DNA from: Octopus bimaculoides
Lineage: Eukaryota
NCBI RefSeq assembly: GCF_001194135.2
Contig: NC_069006.1
Coordinates: 22,728,267-22,792,266 of the forward strand
Direction of reading: 5' to 3'
DNA length: 64,000 bases
Shown: positions 11,201 through 25,653 of the stretch, in pieces
How positions within the stretch are numbered: position 1 is the first letter of the stretch
Layout: each line of letters begins with the position of its first letter
Position numbers and translations under genes: made by a program
The notes under the pieces: generated by a model
Seen by the model: only the letters and a program-made list of their open reading frames with translations
Told to the model about the DNA's origin: nothing
The model's database searches: none

Positions 11201-14200
11201 ACCACATACACACATTAAAGGTAGACAACTGAAAGCAATCTTGATTGTTCTGACTCAGCGTCAGAATCTGCTAGACTCTCCCATTGACTCTCCCATTGAC
11301 TCTGATTTGGTTTCTATATTTTTAAACAATGAGAAATATTTGTCCTGTATCTTTAAGTTCAATCCATATGTGAATCTCTATATTTGACTCTAATGAAGTA
11401 CATCAGAAGATGTTACATCACTACTCTCTCTCTCTCACCCCCACCTCTCTCCACTTGCTACAGACTCCAGCTGTTACATCATTTGACCTTCAACTTCTTT
11501 TTCGCACTGTTCATGACCTTTGCTTTCTCTCTCTCTTTCTCTCTGAAGGATGCCCCCTTTTCTAGTGCTAAAATCCTGTCACCGTGAGAAGAGAGGGGCA
11601 GGTCAAGTTAATGGGTCATCCCGGAGACAGTTGATAAAATATATACCAGTCATGTATTAGGATAATTTCTATCCTGAGTTTTATCAACCACACCTCCTCT
11701 TCTTTTACAAATATCTTGCCCTTTGTCCTTCTCTTAAATCCTTATCTCTGTAACGGGGTTCACAGTAGCTCTTTTGTGTCCGCTAATCTTTAGTAAAGGT
11801 TCTCTCTTGCCTCCTCCGACACTCTCACTCTTTCCTTCTTTTTCTTATTCTCTCCTTTTTCTCTCATTCTCTCCTTGTTGTATTTATGTGTACTGCCCCC
11901 TCACTGAAATAACAACTGTTATCTTCTATGAAGAGGAATTTCATATTTTTTCCTTTTATTTGTCAAAAAAAAAAAAAAAAAAAAGGCAGCTCTGAAATTA
12001 AAAAAAAAAAAGTTCATGCATTTCCCATGTGACTTGTCTTTCAAGCTTTAATTGGGTGCCTTGAGTCGTGTTGGATGTGGTTGTAATGGAAATGTAATAA
12101 TAGCCACTGCACTGTAGTGAAGTTGAGAGGCAGTGGAAATCAATTAAGATAGTGAGCAAAAGGACAGTTTTTATTGAATTAAAATCACATCTGTAATAAA
12201 GAGAAAAAAAAGTCATTAGTGTTGATCAAAATTCTTGTCAGGAAAGGTAAGAGAGACAACTCTGAAATTCAAATTGGTTAAAAAATTGAAGTGAAATGTG
12301 TTAAATATTTGAGTTAAAAATTGCCAAACTAAGAAGACAGAAGTGTAGTGGACAGAGGAAGATGTGTAATAAACAGATGATGTAATTCAGTGTCTTTGAA
12401 AATTCATTTGAATTAAGATATTGATATTAGAGCTAGTCATAAAATCAGACTAGAGCTTCTCCAACTGAGATGAAAAATAATCTGAGACAGGTACAGAATG
12501 TTATGTGTATCTCTCCAAGATATATATATGTACACACACACACACTCACCCACACACCGATTCTGTATTTATCTCAGATCTTTTTTGCACCTGATTACAT
12601 TTTTTATTAAATTTCATGAGCTATGTCATGTTGTTAGTCATTTTCTACAATAAGATGTGCAGCAGACAAAATATTGAAAGTGATGAAAGAACTCTTCTTG
12701 CTAGTCATACAACAAACAGTCGATGTGTGATAAGTATGTGTAAGAACTAAAATTATTACATAATAAGACAGGGGGGCATTGAATGAAGATGTATGGAGGC
12801 TGGAGAGAAACGAGATTCTGGATGCATGGGAGATACAAGTCTCATTAGTATGGAGTGTGTGAATGAAGGTTGTGTGATAGTTGGAACCCCATGATGGGTG
12901 TATTGACAGTGAATGAGGGTTCTTCCTACAAGGGAAACCAAAAGACCCGTAAGGGTTATAATCTACCACACAGAACACAGCCCTTCCCAGATTTATTCAG
13001 ATCAGAAAAAAAAAACACCCATGATGTTTTCATAAGCCTAAATTACTTTGGTCATTGTTTAGCATCAGATCAGCCCCGATCTTGTAGTGCTATTCATTGA
13101 AAGCCTCCCAGTTTTGACAGTGGAACTGTTTTTGTACATCCAACATTAATTACACCGTCCTGTGTCTTTCTTTTTTTTTTTTTTTTTTTAAAGATAGTTG
13201 GTTTTGATTTGAGGAAGTTTAGGCTGCTATTTCTTTTAGCAGGTTGAATGACTACCTAGAAGCTTCCTTGATGTCTGGTGATGGTGGAGAATCAAATTGA
13301 AAAAGAAAACAAAAATATAATTAAATATCAAGGTCCCCCCACCACCACCACCACACACTCAACAACTGAGTTTAGATCTATTAAGAATTCCAGTTTTCTT
13401 TAATTAACTAAATTTCTATGTTTCAATTCCAAAAAATAAATTTTTTGTTCTTTTTTTTTCTTGATTTTTTTTACTTAAACCAATTCCTTTTCCCCTCCCC
13501 TCTGCACTTATTACACCAGTTTTGTTTAGTTTATGAAAAAACATCTGTTTTAATAATTCCAAAACCACAAGAAAAAAAAAATTAAAGCCATCCAAACTAA
13601 AAAAAAAAAAACCAAAGAAAAAAAAAAGAAATGTAATAATAAAAAGACAAACATTGAATAGAAATTTGTATTCTTTCTGTCTTACCTCCTGATAGCCACC
13701 TTATTTCTATCCAAATTCTTGCTTTCTTTCTCTGAGTGAATCTGGCAACTCTCCTAATTCCCATTCATTTATTTTCAATGCCTACAGATCTAAACATAAT
13801 CTTCAAGATTGGCACTGGAATTACATTGCCTCCTCTGTGTGTATACACACACACACACACACACACACCTTTTGGCTGTAGGTGGAACTGTAATGATTTA
13901 ATAATCGCGCTTTGAAGAATATACCCATCTTATCAACCAACCTCTACATGAAATATCTGTTGACTTCTATTTTATCATCTTAAAGGCCAAAAGAGCAAAA
14001 GTGTGCTGCATGGTGCTTTCACTTTTCAATACTTCCCATCTCTTTTGTGACTTTCTTCATTGGGTGCTTTCCCTTTCGGCTGTTGCTCATTCACTGCTTT
14101 TCAATCATGCCTTGCCCTTTACGCACCAACGTTTATTTCATTTCCCAATCTTTCATTAAGTGTGGCAGATATTGCAGCTGAGGTTCTCAGCTGCTATATA

Positions 14201-17200
14201 ATAAATATAGCCAGCAACGAACATCACACAACAGGCCGTTTGATTGGCCATGGCTTGACACTTGCTAACAATGGCTGTTTTATGTGATCAATGCAACTAT
14301 TCTCAGGTTAACAAGTATACCACAAGTATTTGTGGTAAGCAAGGACTTGATATATATATATATATATATATACATATATAGTATTTAGTGACTGTTTACG
14401 TTGAATTTTTGCAGATACAGGATTCTCAAAGCAATCTGGTTTTCAGAAGCTATTGTTGGCAATTGCTCAAAGTAAACAACTGCTGTTAATAATATATCAT
14501 TTGACTCAAAAGTCGGTATTGAGTTCTTCATTCAATGCATGTTTAGTATGCAGAAGCACTCAGACTTATAAAACAGTCAGTTGTATGTATGTATGTAGAT
14601 ATGTACGTATGTATGTTCTTGAAGTGTATTTGTTTGGTAAGAAATTTAATACGAGATCATAAGTGCAGGAAGTAATAAAGATTATCAAAATGTGTTGATG
14701 AATGATAGTTTGAAGCGGAAGTATTCAGTAATAAGCCCTATGACAGTATATACTTCATATTGACAAGTGTTTTGATGTGGGCTTCCTTGGTTTTGAAATG
14801 ATAAAACAGGAATTAGCCCAAACATTTTATAGGCACATGGCTTGAAATTTGGTGGGGAGGGAGAAAGTTGATTACATTGACCCCCAGTGCTTGACTGGTA
14901 TTTATTTTATCAACCCTGAAAGGATGAAAGGCAAAATTGGCCTTGACGGAATTTGAACTCAGATCTTAAAGATGGACAAAATGCTGCCAAGCATTTTGTC
15001 TGGTGTTGCTAACAATTCTGCTTAATAATGATAATTACGATTCTTTCTACAATAAGTACAAGACCTGAAATTTGGTGGGGAGGGAGAAGACCTGAAGTAC
15101 AAGACCTGAAATTTGGTGGGGAGGGAGAATGTTGATTACATAGACCCCCCCCCCCCCAGTGCTCATAAGCATTTTGTCTGGTGGCATGCTAACAATTGTT
15201 ACCTTGCCTCTGCGTTAATGATAGTAAAAGGCAAAAGATTTAACCGATTTGGGTGAGAAGTAATTGTTTCTTAGACATGGTGCCTGAAATTTGGGGACAG
15301 AGGTTAGTCAATTAAATCAATGCCAGCATTCGACTGGTGCTAATTTTATTCTTGTTTGTGCCACATAAAAAGCACTAAATCCATTCTGCTGAGTGGTTGG
15401 TGCTAGGAAGGGCACCCAGTTGTAAAAATCCTGCCAACACAATCACAGAAGTCTGGAGACGGCTTTGGCCTGGCTGGCTCTTGTGAAACCATCCCACCCA
15501 TGCTAGCATGGAACATGGACATTAAATGATGATGATGTTCTGGGCCACATTGACTTTGACAGGGTTTGAAATGCCAAGGTTCACTTCGTCTAACAACAAT
15601 AATAATGATGATGTATGTATGTAAAAGTAACTGTTTTTTAAATCTCTACATGGCTGGGTGTATTGTTCTTTAACAATATCCGTCATTCTCTTCTCAATTT
15701 CACAGTAATTGCATTTTCTATTTATATCCACCACCACCACCACCACCACCACCTTCATTCACTCTCGACTTTGTCATAAAGTTTTGTTAACTTGCAACCC
15801 TGATAATTTCTGTTTACTACAAATTCATTTTCTCTCTCTGTCTCACACTTGCCTCATACACCCGGAGACTTGTTTATATTAATCTTGTGTTAAGATTCTT
15901 ATTATTTACAAATAGATTAAACAGTCAACAATTTAGGGAGTTGCTCAGTTACTTTCAATGTTATTAATTGTAGTTGACCTTGAGGATGTGGTGAGGATGG
16001 ATTAACAAACATCATCAGTAGAAAGGAAGGAAACACTGTGTGTCTGTCTGTCTGTGTATCTGTCTGCCTGTCTGTGCATCTGTCTGTGTATCTGTCTGCC
16101 TGTCTGTGCATCTGTCTGTGTGTCACTCTCTCTAGTATTGTCAAATTTCTTTGTGTGCTATGGATCTCTGTCCCATGTGGCAGATAAATCACTGACCATT
16201 TCCAGATGCAAGGTAAAAAAAAGCAAACCAACAAAAAAGCTCCTTGTACAGTGTCTTGACAAGCTAGAAACAGCACCCAATTCTGTGGTAGGGCTCAAAT
16301 TTCAGCATGTAAAGAGGGATGGGTGGATAGATACTGAGGCAGTGTTGGGGAGGAGACCCGTTGAGAACTGTGGTACTATGTTGGGCTGAAGGCATATGTT
16401 CACCTTTGAAAAGGACGAGGGGATTTTGAGATTTAGTTCATAACACCACAACTTCCTGTTGTTAGTTCATGCTGTTGCCAGTATCTGCACAAGACCCTCC
16501 TTCTGCAAACGTTTGAAATGGGTCTACATCTTTGCTGCAGACATTAGATCTGTAATTGTAGATACTCAGATAACATCATCCACATCAGCTTCATTAATCT
16601 TTGAAGGAAGGAAACTGGCTGTGTTTATGAATCTGGTTTCACTGTCTCTGATTAAGTTTATAATAATTGTTTCTACTACAGGCACAAGGCTTGAAATATG
16701 GGGGGAAGGGGCTAGTTTATTATGTTGACCCTAGTGCTCGATTGGTACATGTTTTATTGACTCTGACCCGGTGACCATCCCCACTCAACCACCACCTTGA
16801 AACAGTTGTAATAATTGTTTGAAATGTTGGCACAAGGCCAGCAATTTTGTGCAGGAGGGGAAGTCGGTGACATCAACCTCAGTACTCAACTGGTACTTAT
16901 TTTATTGGCCCCGCAAGGATGAAAGCAGTGTTAACCTTGTTGGAATTTGAACTCGGAAAGTAAAAAAAATCAGGAGAAATGTGTTGCTAAGCATTTTACC
17001 TGATGCACTAATGATTCTGCCAGCTTGCTACCTTTGAAACAGTGGTAGTAATAATGGAACAAAAGCTAGTTTATTACCTGTACTCCCTCCTCTTCTCATC
17101 CCACCCCACCACATCATCACTGGAGTTCTTTTTTTTTCTTTTTTTTTGTATCATTAAATGATATCTTTGTAGTTTTGTCCCTTTTCATCTAATTATGCTG

Positions 17201-18989
17201 CCATACCCTTTTATTAACCTTATAAAAACTGAATTATCAATATATACACATCCCTATCAATTTTTTCTTTGAGTTTAAAAGTTAGGAGTGCATCCGTAAA
17301 AAAAAAATGCATGCGTGCACTCACGTGTGTGTGTGTGTGTGTGTGTATTTAGATGTCGGTATACAATTACAAAGCAGAATTCTGTGTGTTTTTCACCTAA
17401 CATGTAATATGTTTGATTAACTAACCATTCTATATCTAATTCTTTGATGTTCTGGTTTGTGGAGAAATTATTCTGTTATGAATCAAATTTGTTCCGAATG
17501 TTTGAATCCTGGAGAAATGTTCTGCAATAAGTGTGTTTACAGATTGAAGATCTTTTGATTTCAAGAAGCTATTGAATTTCTGAAAGCAATGCTTCTTTGC
17601 TAAAGCAATCTGTAAAATATATAACTATTCACCACTCTATAGTTGTCTATATAACTTGTATTGAGTCCTCTTGGATTTCTGGTCTCTTTCATCTTTGATT
17701 CAAGAATTTTCATATATTTGTTTGTCTGTTTATCTATCTCTTCATAAATATATATTAATATTTTGTTTTGGCATTATGAGGCTAATAACCTGCTCTTCAA
17801 ACTTATATATATATATATGTATGTATGCTTCAGAACATGTTTGACGCTCTGATGAAGCTATAAGCTGATACTCAAGTACTCAACTGTGAGTACTTGAGTA
17901 TTATATAGCAGGAACAGCTGTAAATTAATGAAGTTCATAAATTGTTTATTCCTTTCTCATCCCAATCTCTTACATATATATACTCTTTTACTTGTTTCAG
18001 TCATTTGACTGCGGCCATACTGGAGCACCGCCTTTGGTCGAGCAAATCAACCTGGGACTTATTTTTTGTAAGCCTAGTACATAGTATATATATATATATA
18101 TATATACACACACTTTTTATTAAAGCTGCCAAATTATCACTGACCTGTTACTCAGTTTCACATTCCTATCCATCGGACAGTTGTGATAAATTCTTTTTTC
18201 CACTTGGAAATAAATGATTGGTGCTCTGTTGTACTCTGAGTATTATTCCAGTTGTCTTAGCATGTCAGTGGTTGAGTATTCCACAGACTCTTATACTCTT
18301 AACATAATCTTCATGCAAAACTGAAGATGGTAAGGTTTATTTTGCCACAAATTTAGCTGCTATTTCTGTGGCCACATAATGGCCCTGTCTTTGGATTTTT
18401 GATAATCATCAAGACATTAGCAGTGATACAATATTGATGATGATGATGATGATGGTTTTGATGACTCTGCTTGTTTGTTTAATACAGTTCAGTTTTGTTT
18501 ACAGCTTTCTATTTTGTGGTATTGGTGAATGGCAGTGGGGTGGGGTGTGGCTGATAGTGGCTGCTGATGATGATAGCAGTGATGATGATGATGATGATGA
18601 TGAGAGAGCAGGAGGCAGTGTCGCTGGCAGTAAATGACTGACTGTAATTTGGTACAGGCAGGGAACATGATCGCTTAATTGCTTTCTGGCAACTGCATTT
18701 TCAGTAAATACATAAGTGTACGTACATACATACATGCACGCATTCTTGTATTTGCAAACCCCCCTTAAACTCCCTACCCCCCGCACACATACACATTCAT
18801 AAACAAAGATAAACAAAAAAAAAATCTCTTATCTTGACTGCTTCTAATCATATACACACACAATGCATAGAAATGTGTGTGTTTATATATATATCTTGTC
18901 TTTTACTTGTTTCATTCAGCCATGTGACTGGGGCCATGCCGGGGCACTGCTGAGAGTTTCAGCCAAACAAAATGACCCCAGTAGTTATT

Positions 18990-19310
18990 TTTTTAAACCC
19001 TAAGACTTATTCTATCAGTCACATGCAAAACATACATGCACGCCGCACATGCAGCATGCGCACACACCTAACAATACACACACACAACGCCACACATCAT
19101 ACACACGACACCACACATGCACAAACACAACACCACACATCACACACGCACACACACACACGACGCCACACATACTCGCACACGACGCCACACATCATAC
19201 ACACACATGCGCATCATACACACACCATACACATCGTGCACATGCACATCGTACACACACATCACACACCACACATCATACACACACCTAATGTAATCCA
19301 CATACATACA
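18990..19310. repeat. Degenerate CA-rich low-complexity repeat (cacacatcatacacac variants)
   Basis: Direct reading; explains the His/Thr-rich spurious ORFs. Confidence 0.9.
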
Positions 19311-19726
19311 TTCCAGATCTACAGTGCATAGTGTGCAGCAGAGTTGGGTCTTTTTCAGTTACAGGTTCTGTCCCCGTGACAAACTTGCACACAGTCTTGG
19401 TCTCTCCATCAGTTTCACTTAGAAAACTTTGGCTGATCCATGGCTGTGGTAAGAGACTTGTCTAAGATGACCTACCCAGGGGCATCAAACTTAGGACCTT
19501 GTGATTGTGAAACAAAGTTAACCACTTGGCCATACCAGTACCCCCACCACTCATTTCTATATAGACAATTACATAGATGCACCCACACACACACATACAC
19601 ATATGTAGCATACATGTAGATACCAATACACACATACATACATAGACATTAATGCTCATAGATATACAACACACACACACTTACAAAGTAAATTACTTTC
19701 CAATTGCTACTTCATGTCTTCTGAAA

Positions 19727-19764
<38 letters not shown>

Positions 19765-22106
19765 TGGGTGGCTGCATTGTTTTGAGAGTAGATCAGTTTT
19801 GTAGGAAGGGCAAATAAAATGCAGTTTGTGTGTGTGTGTTATGGTTGTCTCTGTGTTTGGACATGTCTCAGAGCGTGTAGGTGTATATCTCTGTATGTTG
19901 GTGCCCCCTCATGTCTCTTGGCATACATACATGCATGCATTTATACATGAAACATATGCACACACATACATGAAACGTACAAATACATAGACCATACATA
20001 TATACATTCATAAAACGTACATATAAATACTTAAATCACATTATACATACATAGGTTTTTACCCTCCACCCTTCCATCCAACATATTGTGTTTCTATCCG
20101 CCTAACTTCTCAGTTTCTGCTTTAAACAGCAGAACAGGAAACAACAACAACAACACTGGAATCAGCTAAAAGAACGCAAAGACAAAAACCTGGCCATGTT
20201 GCTTGTCTCTTAATGTTATTTATGGAAATATAATATAGCAACCATATTGAATGTGGCAACTGTTGTTCTCTGTGTTTAGCCCTTGGTCAGGTCTTGATTG
20301 AGAAGAACTACGATCAAAGTTGTGTGGTCATTCTATTCTCTTTGTTTTTCAAGACATAGTGTGTATACAAGTACTACATTATCCATGTAATATGGACATG
20401 TGGTTAGAATGTCACAAGGAAAGAATCACATGACAAGATTCTTCAAGTTGAGCCAACCAGCAGGAGACCAAAAAAGTAGATCGAAAATTAGATGGTTGGA
20501 TAATATCCATTGTCTCAGTTGGTTGTGTTTGGAATTCCTGCTGGAAAAGTTGAATGCCGGTTGCTTCTGATAGGATCTTTTGGAGGACTTTAATTCCTAC
20601 AACCCTCCTAAGAAGAAAGGGTGGAAAAGACAGATGAATGTATAAGAATGTCACGAGATGGACCTTTTGAAGCCAAGTCAACTGGCAAGTGATCTAGGGA
20701 CAGACCAGGTACGAATGAGATGGTTGGAGAATATTGATTGGGCTTCCTGCTGGAAAGTCTAGTGACAGTTGCTTCTGATAGGATCCTTGAGAAGAAATAC
20801 CTGAGGACTCTATCCCCACAACCCTGTTGGGGATAGTGGGTGAAGATTGTTGAACGGATGGTTAGCGTTTCTAAATGGGAGAGAAGGACCTGAAATAACT
20901 TCTCTTTCCTCCTCTCTCTCTCTCTCTCCTCCCCTATCTCTCTCCTCCCTCTCTCATAGCTTGTGAAATATCCTTGTTCTTGTTCTTCTTTCTCCTTCCT
21001 TAACTGTTGACGTTTTCCTTTTGCAAATGATCTAGTCCCTTCCCTCTAACCCCCTTCTCTCTGCAGTTTCCCAGTTACTGTTTAACCCCAGGACAATTCT
21101 CTTCTGACTTGGTGTTTTTCAGCCATGACCACCTTGACCTTTTTGTATATCTCTGTTTATCAAAGATAAGTGTAATTTGAAGGAGATCTAACTGCTTGTT
21201 TCTAGCAGTTTGAGACACTTCATTAGTTCTGGCAGCTCCCCAGTTTTACAGTTGAAATGATGATGTGAGGTTTCAATACCAATTAATGTAACCAAGATGT
21301 CTGTTAATCACCTCCTCCTCCTCCTCCTCCTCCTCCTCCTCCAACACAACATATGTTTGGCTATATGTACGTATGTATGTCTGTATGTATGTATGTGTAT
21401 ATCTCTGGATGTGTGTGTATATGGATGTTTGTATTAGCAATGAATTAGTTGTGTGCTTATTATTAGTGTTGTTGATGGTGATGGTTGTCTTGGTGGTTGT
21501 TGTATTGGTGGTGGTGTAATTGTGGTGTTGGTGGTAGCGGTGATGACTGTGGTGTTGGAGGTGGTGGTGGTTGTATCTATTTTAAAAACATTTAGATTAC
21601 ATCTGTAACAGAAACCTACTTTCAGCCTCCCCATCACCGTCCTCACTATTGTGTGTGTGTTGGGGGGGAGGGCCAGAGATTTTGGGAATCCTCAAAAAAC
21701 TACCACTTTTCAACATCTGTATTTTATTTCCTGTTTATATGTTTGAATATAATATATATATTGTATGTATGTATGTATGCATGTATGTATATATATGTGT
21801 GTGTGTGTGTGTATATGTATATATTTAAGTGTGTGTGTATGTATATGTATATGTGTGTATATATATATATGTGTATATATGTGTGTATATGCATATGTAA
21901 TGTATATTTTTCTATACAAGCCCACGTGTGTGTGTGTGTGTGCGTGTGCGCTTGTGTTTATTTTACATGTAAGTTTTTGTCTGCCGCCATTACTGCTGTT
22001 ACTACTACAAGCAGCAGTATTGTGAAAGGGTCGTGGGGAGGGGGACAGCTTTTTTTCTGCATTCAGCCCCACCCTCCTGATTCACAACCTACCATACCCT
22101 CCTCCT

Positions 22107-22139
22107 ATTATTATTATTATTATTGTTATTATTATTATT

Positions 22140-22170
<31 letters not shown>

Positions 22171-22314
22171 GTTAGTTATTGTTGTTATTATTATTATTAT
22201 TATTATTATTGTTTTTGTTGTTCATTATCCGACCTTCCACCTCAAAGATAAAATTAGATTTAACATTTTTTTTTAATGCTAATCTTTTCTCTTCATTCTG
22301 TTTCTATTCTAATC

Positions 22315-22372
<58 letters not shown>

Positions 22373-22448
22373 ATAAGTGTGGTGTGTGGGAGGTATTGAG
22401 GGAGGTGGGGGTGGGTAGAAGGAATAGATTCCAGAAGAAAATAAGCGC

Positions 22449-22484
<36 letters not shown>

Positions 22485-22640
22485 ATGTTTGTGTGTGTGT
22501 ATTTTCTTCTGGAATCCATTCCTGGAAACCATCACCCCATCAGAATATCTAACCTCCTCCTCCTCTCCCTGCACTGTTCTCCCTCTTTCCATTCCTTTTA
22601 CTTCCTTTACATAAATTCTTCTTTCAGAGAAAGAGAGAGC

Positions 22641-22672
<32 letters not shown>

Positions 22673-22718
22673 GGGGAGGGGCCATGTATATAAATATAGC
22701 CTTCCCAGGCCATTATAT

Positions 22719-22770
<52 letters not shown>
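22107..22770. repeat. Microsatellite cluster: (TAT)n 22107-22210, (CA)n 22318-22369 and 22452-22481, (GATA)n 22642-22672, (TG)n 22720-22770
   Basis: Direct reading. Confidence 0.95.
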
Positions 22771-22773
<3 letters not shown>

Positions 22774-23128
22774 CTGTGTGTATACACTTTTGGGAATAAC
22801 ATTATGTATTGTTGTCTTTCTTCATAACTCGTCCCTCTATCTTTCTTACTCTACTTTAAAATGTCTGTTTACAAATCCTTCACAATATGAAATGTATNNN
22901 NNNNNNNNNNNNNNNNNNNNNNNNNNNNNNNNNNNNNNNNNNNNNNNNNNNNNNNNNNNNNNNNNNNNNNNNNNNNNNNNNNNNNNNNNNNNNNNNNNNN
23001 NNNNNNNNNNNNNNNNNNNNNNNNNNNNNNNNNNNNNNNNNNNNNNNNNNNNNNNNNNNNNNNNNNNNNNNNNNNNNNNNNNNNNNNNNNNNNNNNNNNN
23101 NNNNNNNNNNNNNNNNNNNNNNNNNNNN

Positions 23129-23404
23129 CAGGGGTTTTCAAACTTTTTGACTTGCGGACCCCTTTATATTTCAGGCTTTACCTTAGGGACCCCCCTTATA
23201 AACGCTTATGAAATTTATACATAAATATTTGCTTAAAATAACATATATTTTTACATTTATTTATTTAACAGTATTTAACAAATAGGTTTATTGTCAATTA
23301 AAAGATTTCGATTAAAAAACATATTTTAAATCAAATTGCCCATAAAAAGTATTTGCTGTCCACTGACCCCCTGTGGTCCGCGGACCACAGTTTGAAAACC
23401 CCTG
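23129..23404. mobile_element. hAT-type MITE
   Basis: Perfect 16-bp terminal inverted repeats CAGGGGTTTTCAAACT / AGTTTGAAAACCCCTG and an internal 20-bp palindrome ctgtggtccgcggaccacag (23371-23390). The left flank is a gap, so the 8-bp TSD cannot be checked. Confidence 0.8.
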
Positions 23405-23439
23405 TTGTAGACCAATCCTCTTCACTAGTGTGAGTGACC

Positions 23440-23600
23440 ACAACCATTCTGCTGTGATGTTCAGGTCTTTCTTGAGTACAATACGGTGCCAGGTATCTCA
23501 GTGCTTTGTCATCTTGTTCAGCATTCCGAGGCCATCCTTCAGTATTTTGGGTCTCCCTCTTCCATAAGTTCGATCTACTTTGTTTTTGTATTAGGTTTGC
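23440..23600 (-). mobile_element. RTE LINE 3'-end remnant
   Basis: Minus strand reads KVDRTYGRGRPK...MT...DTWHRIVLKK, resembling the RTE ORF C-terminus (G.R.RGRP...W). Confidence 0.55.
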
Positions 23601-24358
23601 AAGACTCTTGATGTGAGTTTGTGTACTGAAATAAATTTGGTCTTAGGAGGGTCATTATGCTAATAATAATAAACACACACACTGGTTCAATATCACTTTT
23701 CTGTTGTTAGTCAATCAGTTAAATATCAGTCAACTATTTAATCAATTGACTAACAATATGGAAGTGATACTAAACCAATGTGTGTTTATTATTGGCATAA
23801 TGGCCTTCTCAAGCGTGTGTGTGTGTGTGTATGTGTAAAAAGTTTTTTTCAGAAAAAGTGAAGGAATCTGCAATAAGTTGATTTGAACTCAAGATCCCTA
23901 AACTGGCAGTGTTGGTCCATATTGTGAAGGTTTGATGCAGGTTTGTGTAAGAGGGAGAAGTTTTGTTCTGTCTCCTTTCTGATGATTGGATGGCTATTTT
24001 TAGGGTAGGTTTTATCTCTTTTCACAGGTGATGGCTGTCAGTATCTGTTTTCTTGACAGGTGACTAATTTATTTCTCTTTGACATGTAAAGATACTTTGT
24101 GATAGGGGTAGATGACCATAATTGCTTTTTGTGTGTGTGTGTGTGTGTGTGATGTATTTACAGCTATGTATATTGATGCTATGTATGTTAATATACTTGT
24201 CTGAACAAATTGATTGTGGGTGTTATGTATCTTTGCATGCGTATGGTGATAGTGTGTGTATAATATTTTATTTCTGTGTGTATAATGAAGTATGTGGGTG
24301 AATGTATAATACAATGTAGATGTGTATTGACTGTGTGTGAGAGATGTGTTTATAATAA

Positions 24359-24389
<31 letters not shown>

Positions 24390-25585
24390 GTTATATTTCT
24401 ATTGTATTTGTATGCAATGAATAGTGTGTGTTTGTACTTGTATTTGCGTGTGTGTGTTTGTGTGTATTTATATATACGTATATATATATACACACATATA
24501 TATCTTAGTATTGTTAGCATTACTGTTGCATTGTCACTGTAAGGTGGTTGTGGTTGTTGTTGTTGTTGTTACTACAATTGATACTGTAATTAATTGTAGA
24601 AGCTGTTTAACAGACAATTATCTGTTATTTAACAATGAAATTAATTATCTCTGGTTATTTAAGTAAAAGGATTAACTGACAATTGTGTCTTTGAAAGATT
24701 TCTCTTGCCAACACCATCAACTAACCCCATTTCCTTCCTTTTGTATTGCATGTAATACACAGAACATGTCCCCTAATGTCCATGCATCACTTGTGATACA
24801 CAAGACATTTCCCTGGAGTTCCTCTACCATATTCTTCTATTCTTTAACTTGTTTCAGTCACTTGACTCTGGCTGTGCTGGAGCACCGCCTTAAAGGGTTT
24901 TTTAGTCGGAGAAATTGACCCCAGGACTTATTCCTTGTAAGCCTAGTACTTATTCTATTGGTCTCTTTTGCCAAACCACTAAGTTATGGGAACGTAAACT
25001 TCTCTGAACAAATACATCGAAAGCCAGTGTTTATTGAACGATATCTCACTGGATGGAATACATTTTTTTTTTTTTGTTGATCCTACCAATAACAGAACTA
25101 TCTATCTATTTATATATTTATATAATGTGTGTGTGTGTGTGTGTGTGTGTATGGAGGTAGAGGAAGGGAGCTAAGAAATTATTTATTCATCTCTCAGGAA
25201 ATGAGAACCAGGCCCCAGAATCTGCATATGGCATTTACTGGCTGTTACTACAGCCAGTTAATGTCATATGCAGGTTCTGGGGCCTAGTTCTAATTTCCTG
25301 ATATTTTTTTTATTTATTTTGTATTTAATTATAAGTCCTGTCATTATTAGCTATTAGTAATTATCGTTATATCCTATAGGTGGGTGTTCAAGATGGCACA
25401 GAGATTAAGAAATTAGCCAAGCCTATTTATTTATTTACTTATGTATTTTTGCTATCAATTTTTTTATCTTTATTTTAAAAATCTCATTTTGTGGTTCATG
25501 TTTTTATTTATTTATTTTTTTCATATTCTCCCTGAGAATCTTTTGCATCATACAAAATGGGTCTTGTATCTGAGAAATGAATTTG

Positions 25586-25653
<68 letters not shown>

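Noticed and set aside
14174-14194. 9-bp hairpin gcagctgag-gtt-ctcagctgc
   Set aside because: Short and built on a self-complementary CAGCTG; plausible by chance in 64 kb.
17420-17612. Minus-strand exon-like open stretch after a TTTTACAG acceptor
   Set aside because: No donor or partner exons. An alternate frame (LQDSNIRNKF...ELDIEW) looks like a decayed LINE linker region.
18972-19331. His/Thr-rich ORFs of 80-119 aa (also the Cys/Val/Tyr/Ile-rich ORFs at 21653-22276, 30396-30920, 33817-34274 and 36593-36842)
   Set aside because: These are translations of (CA)n/(TG)n/(AT)n microsatellites, with no splice structure or domain signal.
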